Below are positions 30,456-40,950 of a stretch of DNA of 64,000 nucleotides, piece by piece. The stretch comes from Polyangiales bacterium. GTDB lineage: Bacteria; Myxococcota_A; Polyangia; Polyangiales; Polyangiaceae. The position numbers and the translations under genes were made by a program. The notes beneath the pieces were generated by a model. It did not search any database. It saw only the letters and a list, made by a program, of their open reading frames with translations, and was not told the DNA's origin. Positions within the stretch are counted from its first letter, which is position 1; every line of letters starts with the position of its first letter. Location of the stretch: NCBI GenBank assembly GCA_038230375.1, contig JBBRNJ010000003.1:128001-192000 (forward strand), written 5' to 3'.

Positions 30456-30514
30456 CGCATTACCACAACGGGGGCCCTTGGCGCACGTGCGCGAACGTTG
30501 GTAGAAGAGCACGC

Positions 30515-32887
30515 ATGTCCTTCGCGTTCCCCGGTGACCGTCCGATCACGCGCGAGCTCCTCGCCGAGCACAAGGTGTCCCCTGACGAGTACGAGCGCGC
30601 GAAGGCTGCGCTCGGGCGGGAGCCCACCTACACGGAGCTCGGCGTCATCAGCGTCATGTGGAGCGAGCACTGCTCCTACAAGTCATCGCGCGTGCATCTG
30701 AAGCGCCTGCCCACGAAGGGCCCGAAGGTCGTCGTCGGCCCAGGCGAGAACGCTGGCGCCGTTGACATAGGCGACGGCTACTGCGCGGTCTTCAAGATGG
30801 AGTCGCACAATCACCCGAGCTACATCGAGCCGCACCAGGGAGCCGCCACCGGCGTGGGCGGCATCCTGCGCGACGTGTTCACGATGGGCGCGCGACCAAT
30901 CGCCAGCTTGAACAGCCTTCGCTTCGGAAAGCCTTCACACCCGAAGACGGCGGATCTGGTGCGCGGCGTGTCCGCGGGCATTGGCGGCTACGGCAACGCG
31001 ATCGGCGTTCCCACCGTGGGCGGCGAGACCCAGTTCGACGAGGCATACGACGGCAACATCCTCGTCAACGCGTTCACGTGTGGTGTCGCCCGGAAGGACG
31101 GCCTCTTCTTCGGCCGCGCGACCGGCACCGGCAATCCCATCCTCTACATCGGCGCAAAGACCGGGCGCGATGGTATCCACGGCGCGACCATGGCGTCCGA
31201 CGAGTTCGGAGGGGCAAAAGAAGCGCAAGCAGGGCAAGCCGAGCTGGGGACCGCGGCCTCGATCAGGAAGGGCGAGCGCTCCACCATCCAGGTCGGCGAT
31301 CCGTTCCTGGGCAAGCTGCTGCTGGAGGCCTGCCTCGAGCTCTTCACGAACGACGCGCTGGAAGGGATCCAGGACATGGGCGCCGCGGGCCTCACGTCGT
31401 CGTCGGTGGAGATGGCGGGGCGTGCGGGCTCCGGTGTGGAGATCGATCTCGACCTGGTGCCACGTCGCGCGAAGAAGATGATGCCGTACGAGATCCTCCT
31501 CAGCGAGTCGCAAGAGCGCATGCTGCTGGTGGCGAAGAAGGGTCGAGAGCAAGAGGTGCTTGACGTGTGCACGCGCTGGGAGCTCGACGCGGCGGTCATC
31601 GGTCATGTGACCGACACGGGGCGATGGGTCGTCAAGGCCACGCCCGACTATTGCCCGCTGGCCGACGTGCCCCTCGCGCGCGCGAGCGTGGTCGTGTGCG
31701 ATCTTCCCACCGACGCGCTCACGGACAAGGCGCCGCAATACGATCGTCCACGCGCTCCGTTCAAGACGCGCGCGACGCAGAGCTTCGACAAGGTGGTCAC
31801 GGATCACCGCGCCACGCTGCTGTCACTCCTCGCGTCCGCGAACATCGGCGACAAGGGCGGCATCTTCCGCCAGTACGATCAGATCGTGCGCGGTGGGACG
31901 CTGGTTCGCCCGGGTGGTGACGCTGCAGTGGTGCGCGTGCCGTACGACGCGCCGCGTACGGACGCGTATGTGAAGGATCCGTTCAAGTACCTGGCATTCG
32001 CGGTCGACTGCAACGGACGCATGTGCGAGCTCGATCCCGAGATGGGCGCCAAGATGGCGATCGCGGAGGTGTGCAGGAACCTCGTCGTCACGGGCGCAGA
32101 GCCGCTCGGCATCACGGACTGTCTGAACTTTGCGAACCCGGAGCGGCCGGAGGTGATGGAGTCGTTCGCGCGCGCGGTCGACGGCATGGCCGCGGCATGC
32201 AACGCGCTCTCGGTGCCCATCGTGAGCGGTAACGTGAGCCTCTACAACGAGACCACGCTGCCCGACGGAAAAGGGAAGGTCGCCATCTTCCCCACGCCCA
32301 GCGTGGCTGCGGTGGGGCAGCTCCGCTCCGCTGAAGACATCGTGCGTCCGTGGTTCCGCGCTGCTGGTGACGTGGTGCTTCTGCTTGGTCGCCACGACGA
32401 CGGTCGCGGCCTTGGCGGCAGCGAGCTTGGATGTATGTTGCACGGAAAACTGGTGGGCCCCGCGCCCGTCATCGATCTGGATGAAGAGGTGCGCCTGCAG
32501 AAGCTGGTGCTCGGCCTCGCACACGCGCACGTGCTGCAGAGCGCACACGACGTGTCGGACGGTGGTCTGGCGGTCGCGCTCGCCGAGTGCGTGGCCACCG
32601 GCCCCGAGCACGAGCACGCGTTCGGCGCGACCATCGACGAGGCCGCGCTCGGTCCTTCGGTGCAACGCACCGCGTGCCTCTTCGGCGAGGCGCCCACGCG
32701 GGTCATCATCTCCGTCACCACCGACGCCGCCGCGCGCGTGGAGGCGGATGCGAAGTCCGCGGGCGTGGCTTGCACCAGGGTCGGCGTCACCGCCAGCAAG
32801 GACACGCTGCAGCTCGGTGCGTTCGAAGTGAGCACCGCGGAGATCCGCACAGCACGCAGCCAGGCCCTGTCGTTCGTGTTCGGCTGA
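30515..32887 (+). CDS. purL: Phosphoribosylformylglycinamidine synthase subunit PurL (small form)
   Basis: [65 protein letters not shown]. Confidence 0.97.
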   Translation: MSFAFPGDRPITRELLAEHKVSPDEYERAKAALGREPTYTELGVISVMWSEHCSYKSSRVHLKRLPTKGPKVVVGPGENAGAVDIGDGYCAVFKMESHNHPSYIEPHQGAATGVGGILRDVFTMGARPIASLNSLRFGKPSHPKTADLVRGVSAGIGGYGNAIGVPTVGGETQFDEAYDGNILVNAFTCGVARKDGLFFGRATGTGNPILYIGAKTGRDGIHGATMASDEFGGAKEAQAGQAELGTAASIRKGERSTIQVGDPFLGKLLLEACLELFTNDALEGIQDMGAAGLTSSSVEMAGRAGSGVEIDLDLVPRRAKKMMPYEILLSESQERMLLVAKKGREQEVLDVCTRWELDAAVIGHVTDTGRWVVKATPDYCPLADVPLARASVVVCDLPTDALTDKAPQYDRPRAPFKTRATQSFDKVVTDHRATLLSLLASANIGDKGGIFRQYDQIVRGGTLVRPGGDAAVVRVPYDAPRTDAYVKDPFKYLAFAVDCNGRMCELDPEMGAKMAIAEVCRNLVVTGAEPLGITDCLNFANPERPEVMESFARAVDGMAAACNALSVPIVSGNVSLYNETTLPDGKGKVAIFPTPSVAAVGQLRSAEDIVRPWFRAAGDVVLLLGRHDDGRGLGGSELGCMLHGKLVGPAPVIDLDEEVRLQKLVLGLAHAHVLQSAHDVSDGGLAVALAECVATGPEHEHAFGATIDEAALGPSVQRTACLFGEAPTRVIISVTTDAAARVEADAKSAGVACTRVGVTASKDTLQLGAFEVSTAEIRTARSQALSFVFG

Positions 32888-32930
32888 GCGTGGCGTCGGC
32901 TCGCTTCACATCGAACGCGCCGACGGACCG

Positions 32931-34048
32931 TCACTTCGCGATGCGAATGATTTTGCCGTTCAGGGTGTCGGCCACGTAGACCGCGTTATCGTCGACCGCG
33001 ATGCTCTCCGGCGTGCCCTTGATCACCGCGAAGATCGTTTCTTTCGAATTGCAGCCAGCGATGGCGCACCGGCGGATCGTGCCGTCGTCCAGGTTCGCCC
33101 AGTACACGTTGTCGTCGTCCACCGCGATCGAGGACGGCTTGGGCTGGTTGCGAGCAAGCTCCGTCGAGGTCGTCCCGATGCGGAAGACGATGCCCTCCGC
33201 ACCGCCAGTCGGTTCGAGCCAGGATGTCACGAACGCTGCGTTTCCGTGGACCGCGATTCCGCGCGGCCCGGGCGTGTCATAGCGCAGTGCCACCGCGGCA
33301 CCGCCGTCCTTGTTCACGGCGAACACCGCGCCGGCGTCGTCGTTGCGGTCGCCGGAGAGCCAGAACACCTGGGTGTCGTTCATTGCCAACGGACGCGTGA
33401 AGCCCACGGGCGAGGACGCGAGAAGGACGCTCGCGTCTCCGCACGGCGGGCCGTTGGCAGGGCACGATCTCACCTGATCGGGAGCCTGGGTGGTCCAGTA
33501 GACGTTCGTCGCGTCGACGCCGATCCCATAGGGATAGCTCCCGGGCGTGACCTGCCAGAAGGCCTCGACGGGCGCGGCCGCGGTCGGTGCTGCGCGGAAG
33601 ACGGTCGAATTCAGGTTGACCGTCCAGTAGACGTGCGTGGCGTCCACCGCGATGCCGCTCGGCACCCCCGCCTTGGGATATCCCGTCGCGATGGTGACAA
33701 GGGTCGCGGCGCACGTGGCGATGACGCACGTGCGCACCGTTCCGTTGTCCAAGATCCAGTACGCCGACGGTCCACGCACGGCCAGCCGTCGCACGGTGCT
33801 CTCGCCTGGAGCGATGTCGACCGGGTGTCCGCATGGGCCGTCGCAGGTGGAGGTGGGGATGTCACTCCCGCATCCGCGACGGTGACGGCGTCGACGGCAG
33901 CGACATCGGGCGCGCCCGCATCGTCGGTGGTGGAGGAGTCGGTACCACCGAACGACCCGCACGCTGCGGCGATCGCGATGGTGCCGGCAGCGGCCGCCAT
34001 CAGCGAAACGACCGCGACACCGGCGCTTGCTGACGAACGCCTGGCCAT
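32931..34048 (-). pseudogene. Beta-propeller lipoprotein interrupted by a frameshift near 33843-33875 (or a sequencing error)
   Basis: Lipoprotein N-terminus (..IAAAC GSFGG..DAG) is in one frame; AVDATHVYWT-type repeats are in another. Confidence 0.75.
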
Positions 34049-34122
34049 CCCAAGACGGTATCGCTTCGCCCAGGTACCAGCAAACGGTCAGGCCGCTTCG
34101 GTGGGCACCTGATGGATCTTCG

Positions 34123-34142
34123 ATCCCCCAACGGTGGGGGAT
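34123..34142. promoter_or_regulatory. Inverted repeat in divergent intergenic region
   Basis: ATCCCCCA-ACGG-TGGGGGAT. Confidence 0.35.
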
Positions 34143-34219
34143 AACCCATTGGTTTTGGTTGTAACTACATGTACGCACATGACGTATGGTGTGGTCCAGG
34201 AGTTGCGTCATCGCTGGAC

Positions 34220-35326
34220 ATGTCCAAGCGTAGCCTCCTGGTTGCCTCCCTCGGAATCCTCGCCCTCGTCGGCTGCTCGGCGTCGGCGGACGACGCGACG
34301 ACTGCCCAGGAAGAAGACCTCAACTCGCTCAAACTCACGCCGACCGTGATCGCGCTTCCGGGTGGCGGTCTGGGTACCGGCGGCATCGGGATCGACGACA
34401 TGGGCTTTGCGCCCGGTCTCAACCGCGTCGTCGTTCCGGCCGGCCGCACCGGCAACGTCGACCTCGTCGACATCGACACGCTCGAGGTGAAGTCCGTCGC
34501 GGGCTTCAGCGTCGAGAAGCAGTTTCATGGCAGCCACGACTTTGGCGCCACCTCCGTGACCGAGGCCAACGGGCTCCTCTTCGTTGCCGATCGCACGACG
34601 AACACGATGCGAACCGTCGACCCGAAGAAGGGCGCGCTCGTCGGCAGTGCGGTGAAGTTCGCCGCGTCGCCCGACTATGTCCGCTCCGTTCCCGCTCTTC
34701 ACGAGATCTGGGTGAGCGAGCCCGACAAGCAGCAGATCGAGATCTTCTCCATCCCGAAGGGCGCCACCACGCCGGTTCATACGGGCGTCGTCGCGATCGA
34801 CGGCGACGGTCCGGAGTCGCTCGTCATCGACCACGCCCGCGGGCGTGCGTATACGAATCTCTTCTCGAACGTGACGCTCGCGATCGACCTCAAGTCCCAC
34901 AAGATCGTGGACCGCTTCACGAACGCCTGCGCGAAGGACGGCACGGATCCCAACGATCGCGGATCACGCGGCATCGCGGTCGACGAGGCTCGCGGCTTCC
35001 TCATCGTCGGCTGCGCGGAGGGCATCGCGTCGGTGGTCGACATCACGGTCCCCGGCGGGAAGCGCCTCAGCCAGGTGAAGCTCCCGGGTACGGACGTCGA
35101 CGTCCTCGCCTTCGATCCGGTGCTGGGCCACCTCTACGCGACGCCGGGTGAGCGCCTCGCCATTCTCGGTCTCTCGGATCACGGCGTCATCAAGGTCATC
35201 GGCACCACGCCGATCCCCACGCAGGCTCGCTCCGTCGTCGCCGACGGCAAGGGCTTCGTCTACGTCGGTGACCAGAAGGGCAGCGGCCTCCTCCGCTTCC
35301 AGGATCCCCTTCCCGCAAGTCACTGA
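34220..35326 (+). CDS. YncE/YVTN-like beta-propeller lipoprotein
   Basis: LALVGC lipobox; PESLVIDHARGRAY, RGIAVDEARGFLIVGC, DVLAFDPVLGHLY repeats. Confidence 0.85.
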   Translation: MSKRSLLVASLGILALVGCSASADDATTAQEEDLNSLKLTPTVIALPGGGLGTGGIGIDDMGFAPGLNRVVVPAGRTGNVDLVDIDTLEVKSVAGFSVEKQFHGSHDFGATSVTEANGLLFVADRTTNTMRTVDPKKGALVGSAVKFAASPDYVRSVPALHEIWVSEPDKQQIEIFSIPKGATTPVHTGVVAIDGDGPESLVIDHARGRAYTNLFSNVTLAIDLKSHKIVDRFTNACAKDGTDPNDRGSRGIAVDEARGFLIVGCAEGIASVVDITVPGGKRLSQVKLPGTDVDVLAFDPVLGHLYATPGERLAILGLSDHGVIKVIGTTPIPTQARSVVADGKGFVYVGDQKGSGLLRFQDPLPASH

Positions 35327-35347
35327 ACCAGCTGAACCCCGGCGCTC

Positions 35348-38089
35348 TCACCCAAGGTCGTACAGGACCTCGCTCACCGCCTTCGGGTCAACCGCGCCGA
35401 GCTTCAGTCGCTTCGGCTTCGAACGGCCTTCGTCGTCGACGCCAAGGACGAAGAACACGCGCTCGATCTTCTGCGGATCCGCGTACTCGAGCCCGCCGAT
35501 CGGGTAGCCGTTGTGCTCGACGATCGCGGTGACGTTCGCGGAGAAGAACGGCTTGTGATGATAGCCGACGTAGCCGGCGTCCTGTGGTTCTCCGTGGACC
35601 CACCCGCTCCGCCGCAGCTTGCCGATGAACGCAGCAACCCCCCACTCCTTTTTCGCGAAGCGCGGGCCGAGGTCGTCGCCCTTCGTCTCGTTGGGCTCGA
35701 GCGCGTGCACCGGGCGGCCGAGCTGCGGAAACGGCGCGATGATCTCGTAGTCGCTCATGACCGTGCCCCAGGCGGTCCTTGTGGCCGCATCGAGATCGAG
35801 CGGGTGCACGATGCGGATCGTCGCGCTCTTCGGGATCGCGAACGCCGTGTCCTTCACGTCCGCGGCGGTGCCGTCCTCGGCGATGCGGAAGGTCTTCTCG
35901 AGCTTCGCTCCCTTCCACGCGCCCCACACGAGCGAGCGCACGAGGTGGCTCATCAGCGGATGGCGGACGAGCAGCGCGTCGAAGTCCGCGGGGCTCCAGG
36001 AGCGGCCTTTCACCATGGCCTGCTCCAGCCGCTCGCCCTGGATCTTCACCGTGTCGCGCAGGCTCTTTTTCAGCGTCTTCCACTCTTCCGTCGCGCGTGC
36101 GGCCAGCGCGGCGTCATCCTGCTTCCCGGGCTTCGGGAGATCCGGTCGCGCCTTGCCGCCCGCTTCCTTCACCATGGGCGCGCCCTCGGCGCCGAGCACG
36201 ACCTGGAACGAGCGCGCTCCGAACGATAGCGTGCGCTTGCCATCCGCGCCGAAGCCGCCGTCAGGGACGATGCGATCTTCGAGCGCGTCGCGACGCATCT
36301 TGCGCGCCTTTGCGATCCCGTCCATGGCTTCGTTGGCGCGCTGCTTCAGCGCCTGGAACTTCACCTTCTGCGCGATCGACGAGAGCTGGACCAGCGCGAC
36401 GTCGCTGCCGATCGCACCAAGCACGTCCAGACCGAAGACCGCTCGTTGGTGCTGGCTCTCACCCGGCCATGCGCGGACCAGCTTCGCGAGCTCGAGTGCG
36501 GCCGCGTCGCCGCCGAAGTGCCCGAGCGCGCCGAGCGCCCACTTGTCCTTGGAGACGGCGCCCGCGCCAAGCCACTTCTCGAAGATCTTGCGGGCGAACG
36601 CGTCGCGTGAGGCAGGCGCTGCGTGCTGGCGGAGCGCGGACACGAGCTCGTGAGGCGCCTCGAGCGGGGAAGCGGCGAGCGCGGAGACGACGAGCTTCGT
36701 GTCCTCGTCCTCGAGTCGCTTGCCGTCGAGCTCGAGCTTCGGAAGTAGAGCGACATCGAGCCACCCTACGGCCTTCAGGCCCTTCGCCTTCGCGAGCCCG
36801 CCGGTCAACCACTTTGGCTTCGTGGTCAGCGGCGCGAGCTTCTGCTCCTTCGCTTCGAGCGTCGCGAGCTTCTGGCCGCTGGCCCTTCCCTTGGCTGCGC
36901 GATCGACGACCGTGCCGTGACCTGCGCGCTTGAGATCGGAGAGGCGCGAAGCGGCGGCCTCTGCGAGGGCACCACGTCCGGCGGCGACGTCGACAAGGCC
37001 GGCGACGGCGTGCTCCACGTTCTCCTCGAACCACCTGACGCCGATTGCGGGCGCCTTCGAGCGCGTTGCGATCTCGAGCATCGGACCGGCATTGTCGGGC
37101 GCGTGGACCTTCGCGACGACCTCCGCGAGCTTTGCGGCGAGCTCCTTGTTCTTTGTCTCCACCACTATCTTCGCCGCATAGTCGAGGCCGGCGTACTCGG
37201 TGTGCGCGAGCCACGCGCGCATGTACTGGGGCTTGTTGAGAGCGAGCTTCATCCGGCGCACGTGCTTGTCGACGAGCGCCGCGCTTCCCAGCCCGAACAC
37301 GATCACCTGGGGCACGTGGTAGGCGGTGTGGTCCCAGCTCGTCGCGTTGTAGCGATCGTCTGCCCACGACTCGACGACGGCGAGCAGCTCGTCGTGCAAG
37401 CCGAGCATCGCGGCGAGGATGAACTCGCCCGAGGGCTCGTCGTAGTAGTCCGCCGAGAAGTTCTTGGGCTTGATCGCGGGGGCAATGCGCTTCAAAAGCT
37501 TCGCCCGATCGGCGTCGGTCAGGCGCGGCATGACGAGGTCGCGAATTCCATCGAGGAACGTGCCTCCGCCATCGAAGCCCGCGGTCCGCGGCCGGCCGTC
37601 CAGGAGAAGCTCGACGATCTCGATCGCCGGAAAGAGCGCGAGGAGCACGTGCCCGATCTCCGGCGGATAGTCGCCCGCGTTGGCCTTGATCGCCTTCTTC
37701 ACGTCCAAAAGCGACGCCGGCTTCAGCTTCTTCCTGGAGAGCTCGTCGGCCTTCTGCTTCGGGGTGAGCTTCCGGGAGTCCATCCGCGAGATGAGCATGC
37801 TCTCCAGCCAGAACCGCGCCTCGTCGCGCGACATCGACGGCGAGAGCTGCGCTCCTTCGAAATTCCAGCAGAGGCTCCGCGAGCTGGTCCGAGCCTTCAG
37901 TAGACGTGCGCAGCAGTCCTCGAGCGAGAACTCACTCGACTGCTTCGGCGCCGACGCCATCGGGAACTTTCGCCACGTCGCCCAGCGCCAGTCTGCGTCG
38001 TCGAGCGCGATTCCACGGCCGCTCGGGCTCGCCTTCGCAGGTGTCGCGGTGTCACTGAACGCGAAGTCGCGGCTGGGCATCTGGCTCAT
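35348..38089 (-). CDS. DUF4132 domain-containing protein
   Basis: WPGESQHQRAVFGLDVLGAIGSD, ALEDRIVPDGG, RLEQAM..RSWS..HPLM, IVHPLDL..W..DYEIIAPFPQLGR; start uncertain. Confidence 0.88.
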   Translation of the reverse strand: MSQMPSRDFAFSDTATPAKASPSGRGIALDDADWRWATWRKFPMASAPKQSSEFSLEDCCARLLKARTSSRSLCWNFEGAQLSPSMSRDEARFWLESMLISRMDSRKLTPKQKADELSRKKLKPASLLDVKKAIKANAGDYPPEIGHVLLALFPAIEIVELLLDGRPRTAGFDGGGTFLDGIRDLVMPRLTDADRAKLLKRIAPAIKPKNFSADYYDEPSGEFILAAMLGLHDELLAVVESWADDRYNATSWDHTAYHVPQVIVFGLGSAALVDKHVRRMKLALNKPQYMRAWLAHTEYAGLDYAAKIVVETKNKELAAKLAEVVAKVHAPDNAGPMLEIATRSKAPAIGVRWFEENVEHAVAGLVDVAAGRGALAEAAASRLSDLKRAGHGTVVDRAAKGRASGQKLATLEAKEQKLAPLTTKPKWLTGGLAKAKGLKAVGWLDVALLPKLELDGKRLEDEDTKLVVSALAASPLEAPHELVSALRQHAAPASRDAFARKIFEKWLGAGAVSKDKWALGALGHFGGDAAALELAKLVRAWPGESQHQRAVFGLDVLGAIGSDVALVQLSSIAQKVKFQALKQRANEAMDGIAKARKMRRDALEDRIVPDGGFGADGKRTLSFGARSFQVVLGAEGAPMVKEAGGKARPDLPKPGKQDDAALAARATEEWKTLKKSLRDTVKIQGERLEQAMVKGRSWSPADFDALLVRHPLMSHLVRSLVWGAWKGAKLEKTFRIAEDGTAADVKDTAFAIPKSATIRIVHPLDLDAATRTAWGTVMSDYEIIAPFPQLGRPVHALEPNETKGDDLGPRFAKKEWGVAAFIGKLRRSGWVHGEPQDAGYVGYHHKPFFSANVTAIVEHNGYPIGGLEYADPQKIERVFFVLGVDDEGRSKPKRLKLGAVDPKAVSEVLYDLG

Positions 38090-38251
38090 CTTGGCGGCGA
38101 GAATACACAGCGTCGCGACAAGGCGCTCGCGTCGCGAAAACGCACCCCCAGACGCGCGTTTTGGAGTCTTTCGCGCCGCTTTCATGATGTGCGTTGATCC
38201 TGGCAATGACAGGCGTATTCTTCTGGTCCTGGCCGGAGCTCAGGAACGTCG

Positions 38252-39607
38252 ATGGGCAAAACGCACTCGCCTCTCCTAGGGTTCAACAACAACGTCAGGC
38301 ACAAGAACCGGGTCTTCCACATCCAGACGGAAGACTCGGGCATCAAGCACCCGCACATCATCACCCACCTCTTCATGGATGGCGGTCGCATCCTCAAGAG
38401 CGTGAAGAAGTCCTACGCCGAGCACGTGGGGACCGACGGGATGCAGGACACCGTCCGGCAGATGATGAAGGAGCAGCACAAGGCGATGTTCATCGCCCTG
38501 CGCGACGGTCAGTTCGACTCCGTGGTGGACGAGCAGGTCGCGAGCAAGGCGAAGTACGACGCGGACACCTCGGCGAAGAGGGGCGGAAAATCGATCGCCC
38601 CCGCCGGCGCTGCACCTGCCTCACCTGCAGGCCCGTCACCGTCTCCGCAGCCTGCGCCGGTCGCTGCTCTGGTCGCTGCTCCGGTCGCTGCTCCAGCCGC
38701 TGCTCCCCCCGCTGCTCCCCCCCCCGCGCCCGACGTCGAGGTCAAAGGCGCCGACACGAAGCGCGAGAGCGTCGCTCCGGCGGTGCAACCTCAGTCGGTG
38801 CCCACGGACACGCAGAAGATGGGGTCGCGGCCGCCACCCGAGGCCCCGCCGCCTGCACGCCCCGCGTCCACTCCGCCGAAGGCTCCTTCCGCTCCACCAG
38901 CGCGTCCTTCCGCGCGTCCCGCGAATCCTGCTCCCGCGAGCCCATCCCTGGAAGTGTCGCTCTCCGCCGCCGCACCGCCCGTGTCCGACGGCGTGCCACG
39001 CTACCCCACGCCGGGCAAGCAACGGCTTGTCGTGCTGCCAGAGGCGGACGAGGCGCAGCCGAACACGATGCGGGATCCGGAGCCGCCGCCTCCGCTGCTC
39101 GACCTCGATCTGAACGCGAGCCCGCAGCCGCCGCGGATGGCGGACGCCGATCTGTTCCGCGCGAACGATCTGCCGCCTCCTCCGCAGAACCTGCTCAAGC
39201 GCAAGGACCTCAACGATCGCAACACCTATCGCGGAGGTGGCGAAGAGGAGCACGTGCGGCCGAAGTCCGCTCCACCGCCGAAGCCTCCGCAGCGCCGCTC
39301 GCAGCCCGCGCCCGCTCCCGTCACGGCCAGGGGACGCCCCGTGGCGCCCGCGCCCGCACCGACACCCGGCCGCTTCACACCCGGCGTGGCCAGCGCCAGC
39401 TCTGGCAGCGGCTCCGGCAGCATCCCGAGCACCAGCCCGAGCAGTGCGCCCGCGCGCTACGCCCCTGCGCGCCCTGCGAGCATCTTCGGTTCGTCGCGCG
39501 GCAAGGCCTCGCTCTTCGGCGATGACCTGGTCACTGACAAGTCCCTCGACGAGGTGATCTTGAGCTACCTCGCCGAGGACCTGGAGCAGGCCCCCAAGAA
39601 GAAATAG
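38252..39607 (+). CDS. Conserved myxobacterial protein with Pro-rich linker (RomY-like)
   Basis: N-terminal GFNNNVRHKNRVFHIQTEDSG..HIITHLF domain; C-terminal KSLDEVILSYLAED motif. Confidence 0.7.
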   Translation: MGKTHSPLLGFNNNVRHKNRVFHIQTEDSGIKHPHIITHLFMDGGRILKSVKKSYAEHVGTDGMQDTVRQMMKEQHKAMFIALRDGQFDSVVDEQVASKAKYDADTSAKRGGKSIAPAGAAPASPAGPSPSPQPAPVAALVAAPVAAPAAAPPAAPPPAPDVEVKGADTKRESVAPAVQPQSVPTDTQKMGSRPPPEAPPPARPASTPPKAPSAPPARPSARPANPAPASPSLEVSLSAAAPPVSDGVPRYPTPGKQRLVVLPEADEAQPNTMRDPEPPPPLLDLDLNASPQPPRMADADLFRANDLPPPPQNLLKRKDLNDRNTYRGGGEEEHVRPKSAPPPKPPQRRSQPAPAPVTARGRPVAPAPAPTPGRFTPGVASASSGSGSGSIPSTSPSSAPARYAPARPASIFGSSRGKASLFGDDLVTDKSLDEVILSYLAEDLEQAPKKK

Positions 39608-39638
39608 CTCTCGATCTCCCGCCCGCAATACGTGTAGA

Positions 39639-40832
39639 TTACACCTTCTCGAGGATGATCGCGAGGCCCTGGCCGCCACCGATGCTCGCGCTGCCGACGG
39701 CGTACTTGCCGCCGCGACGCGCGAGCTCGTAGACCAGGTGCGTCGTGATGCGTGCGCCGCTCGCGCCGAGCGGGTGCCCGAGCGCGATCGCGCCGCCGTT
39801 CACGTTCGTCTTCGAGCGGTCGAGGCCGAGCTCCTTCTCCACCGCGAGGTACTGCGCGGAGAACGCCTCGTTCACTTCGACGAGGTCCATGTCGGCGAGC
39901 TTCAGGTCCGCGCGGGAGAGTGCGTTCTTGATCGCCGGTGCCGGGCCGATGCCCATGATGGTGGGGTCCACGCCCGCCACGCCCCACTGCGTGATGCGCG
40001 CGAGCGGTGTGAGGCCCTTGGCCTTCGCGTACTCCTCCGTGACGAGCACGAGAGACGCCGCGCCGTCGCAGATGCCCGAAGCATTGCCGGCCGTGACCAC
40101 GCCGTCCTTCTTGAAGACGGGCGGGAGCTTCGCGAGCGTCTCCATCGTTGTCTGCGGACGCGGGTGCTCATCGACCGTGAACTGGGTGGTGGCCTTCTTC
40201 GTGACGAGCTCCACCGGCGTGATCTCGTCCTTGAACGTGCCCTTCTCGTTCGCGGCGGCCCAGCGCTTCTGGCTGGTGAGCGCGTACTCATCCACGTCCG
40301 TGCGGCTGATGTTGTACTTGGTGGCCAGGTTCTCGGCCGTGACCGCCATGGGCAGGTTGCAGTAGCTGTCGGTGAGCGCGCTCCAGAGGGAGTCCTCCAC
40401 CTGCGGGGATTTACCGAACGGCCAGCCATCGCGACCGCCGCGAAGGACGTGCGGCGCCTGGCTCATGTTCTCCGTGCCGGAGACAAGCACGGCCTGCGTC
40501 TCGCCGAGGAGCAGCTGCTCCGCGCCATTGATGATCGCCTGGAAGCCCGAGCCGCAGAGGCGGTTCACGGTGAGCGCGGGCGTCGTGATCGGCAGGCCTG
40601 ACTTGAGACCGATGTGGCGCGCGCAGTAGATCGCGTCGGGGCTGGTCTGCTGGACGTTGCCGACGATGACGTGGCCGATGTCCTCCAGCGCAATCTTGCT
40701 CTGCGCAAGGGCGGCCTTGCTCGCAATCACAGCAAGGTCGTTCGCCGAGAGCCCCTTCAGGGCTCCATTCATGGTGCCGAATGCCGTGCGCTTCGCGCCG
40801 ACGATGACGATCGATTTACCGAGCTTGGCCAT
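39639..40832 (-). CDS. Acetyl-CoA C-acyltransferase (thiolase), second catalytic Cys replaced by Ser
   Basis: NRLCGSG, NEAF, GHPLGASG present; C-terminal motif reads GSASIGGGQG. Confidence 0.93.
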   Translation of the reverse strand: MAKLGKSIVIVGAKRTAFGTMNGALKGLSANDLAVIASKAALAQSKIALEDIGHVIVGNVQQTSPDAIYCARHIGLKSGLPITTPALTVNRLCGSGFQAIINGAEQLLLGETQAVLVSGTENMSQAPHVLRGGRDGWPFGKSPQVEDSLWSALTDSYCNLPMAVTAENLATKYNISRTDVDEYALTSQKRWAAANEKGTFKDEITPVELVTKKATTQFTVDEHPRPQTTMETLAKLPPVFKKDGVVTAGNASGICDGAASLVLVTEEYAKAKGLTPLARITQWGVAGVDPTIMGIGPAPAIKNALSRADLKLADMDLVEVNEAFSAQYLAVEKELGLDRSKTNVNGGAIALGHPLGASGARITTHLVYELARRGGKYAVGSASIGGGQGLAIILEKV

Positions 40833-40950
40833 GGGAATGTCTCCGTTCGCCGGCACTCTTAGCACCGCGCGAGGAAGAGGGAAGCCTCGCGCTTGGTGGC
40901 AAAGCGGCAGCCGGTCGCTGCGCTCCGGCCGCGCATGCTAAGTTTTGAGC

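Noticed and set aside
35348..38089. DUF4132 gene as part of a defence or toxin system
   Set aside because: It stands alone here with no adjacent MoxR ATPase, VWA or SWIM partner genes, so nothing in the window supports a system
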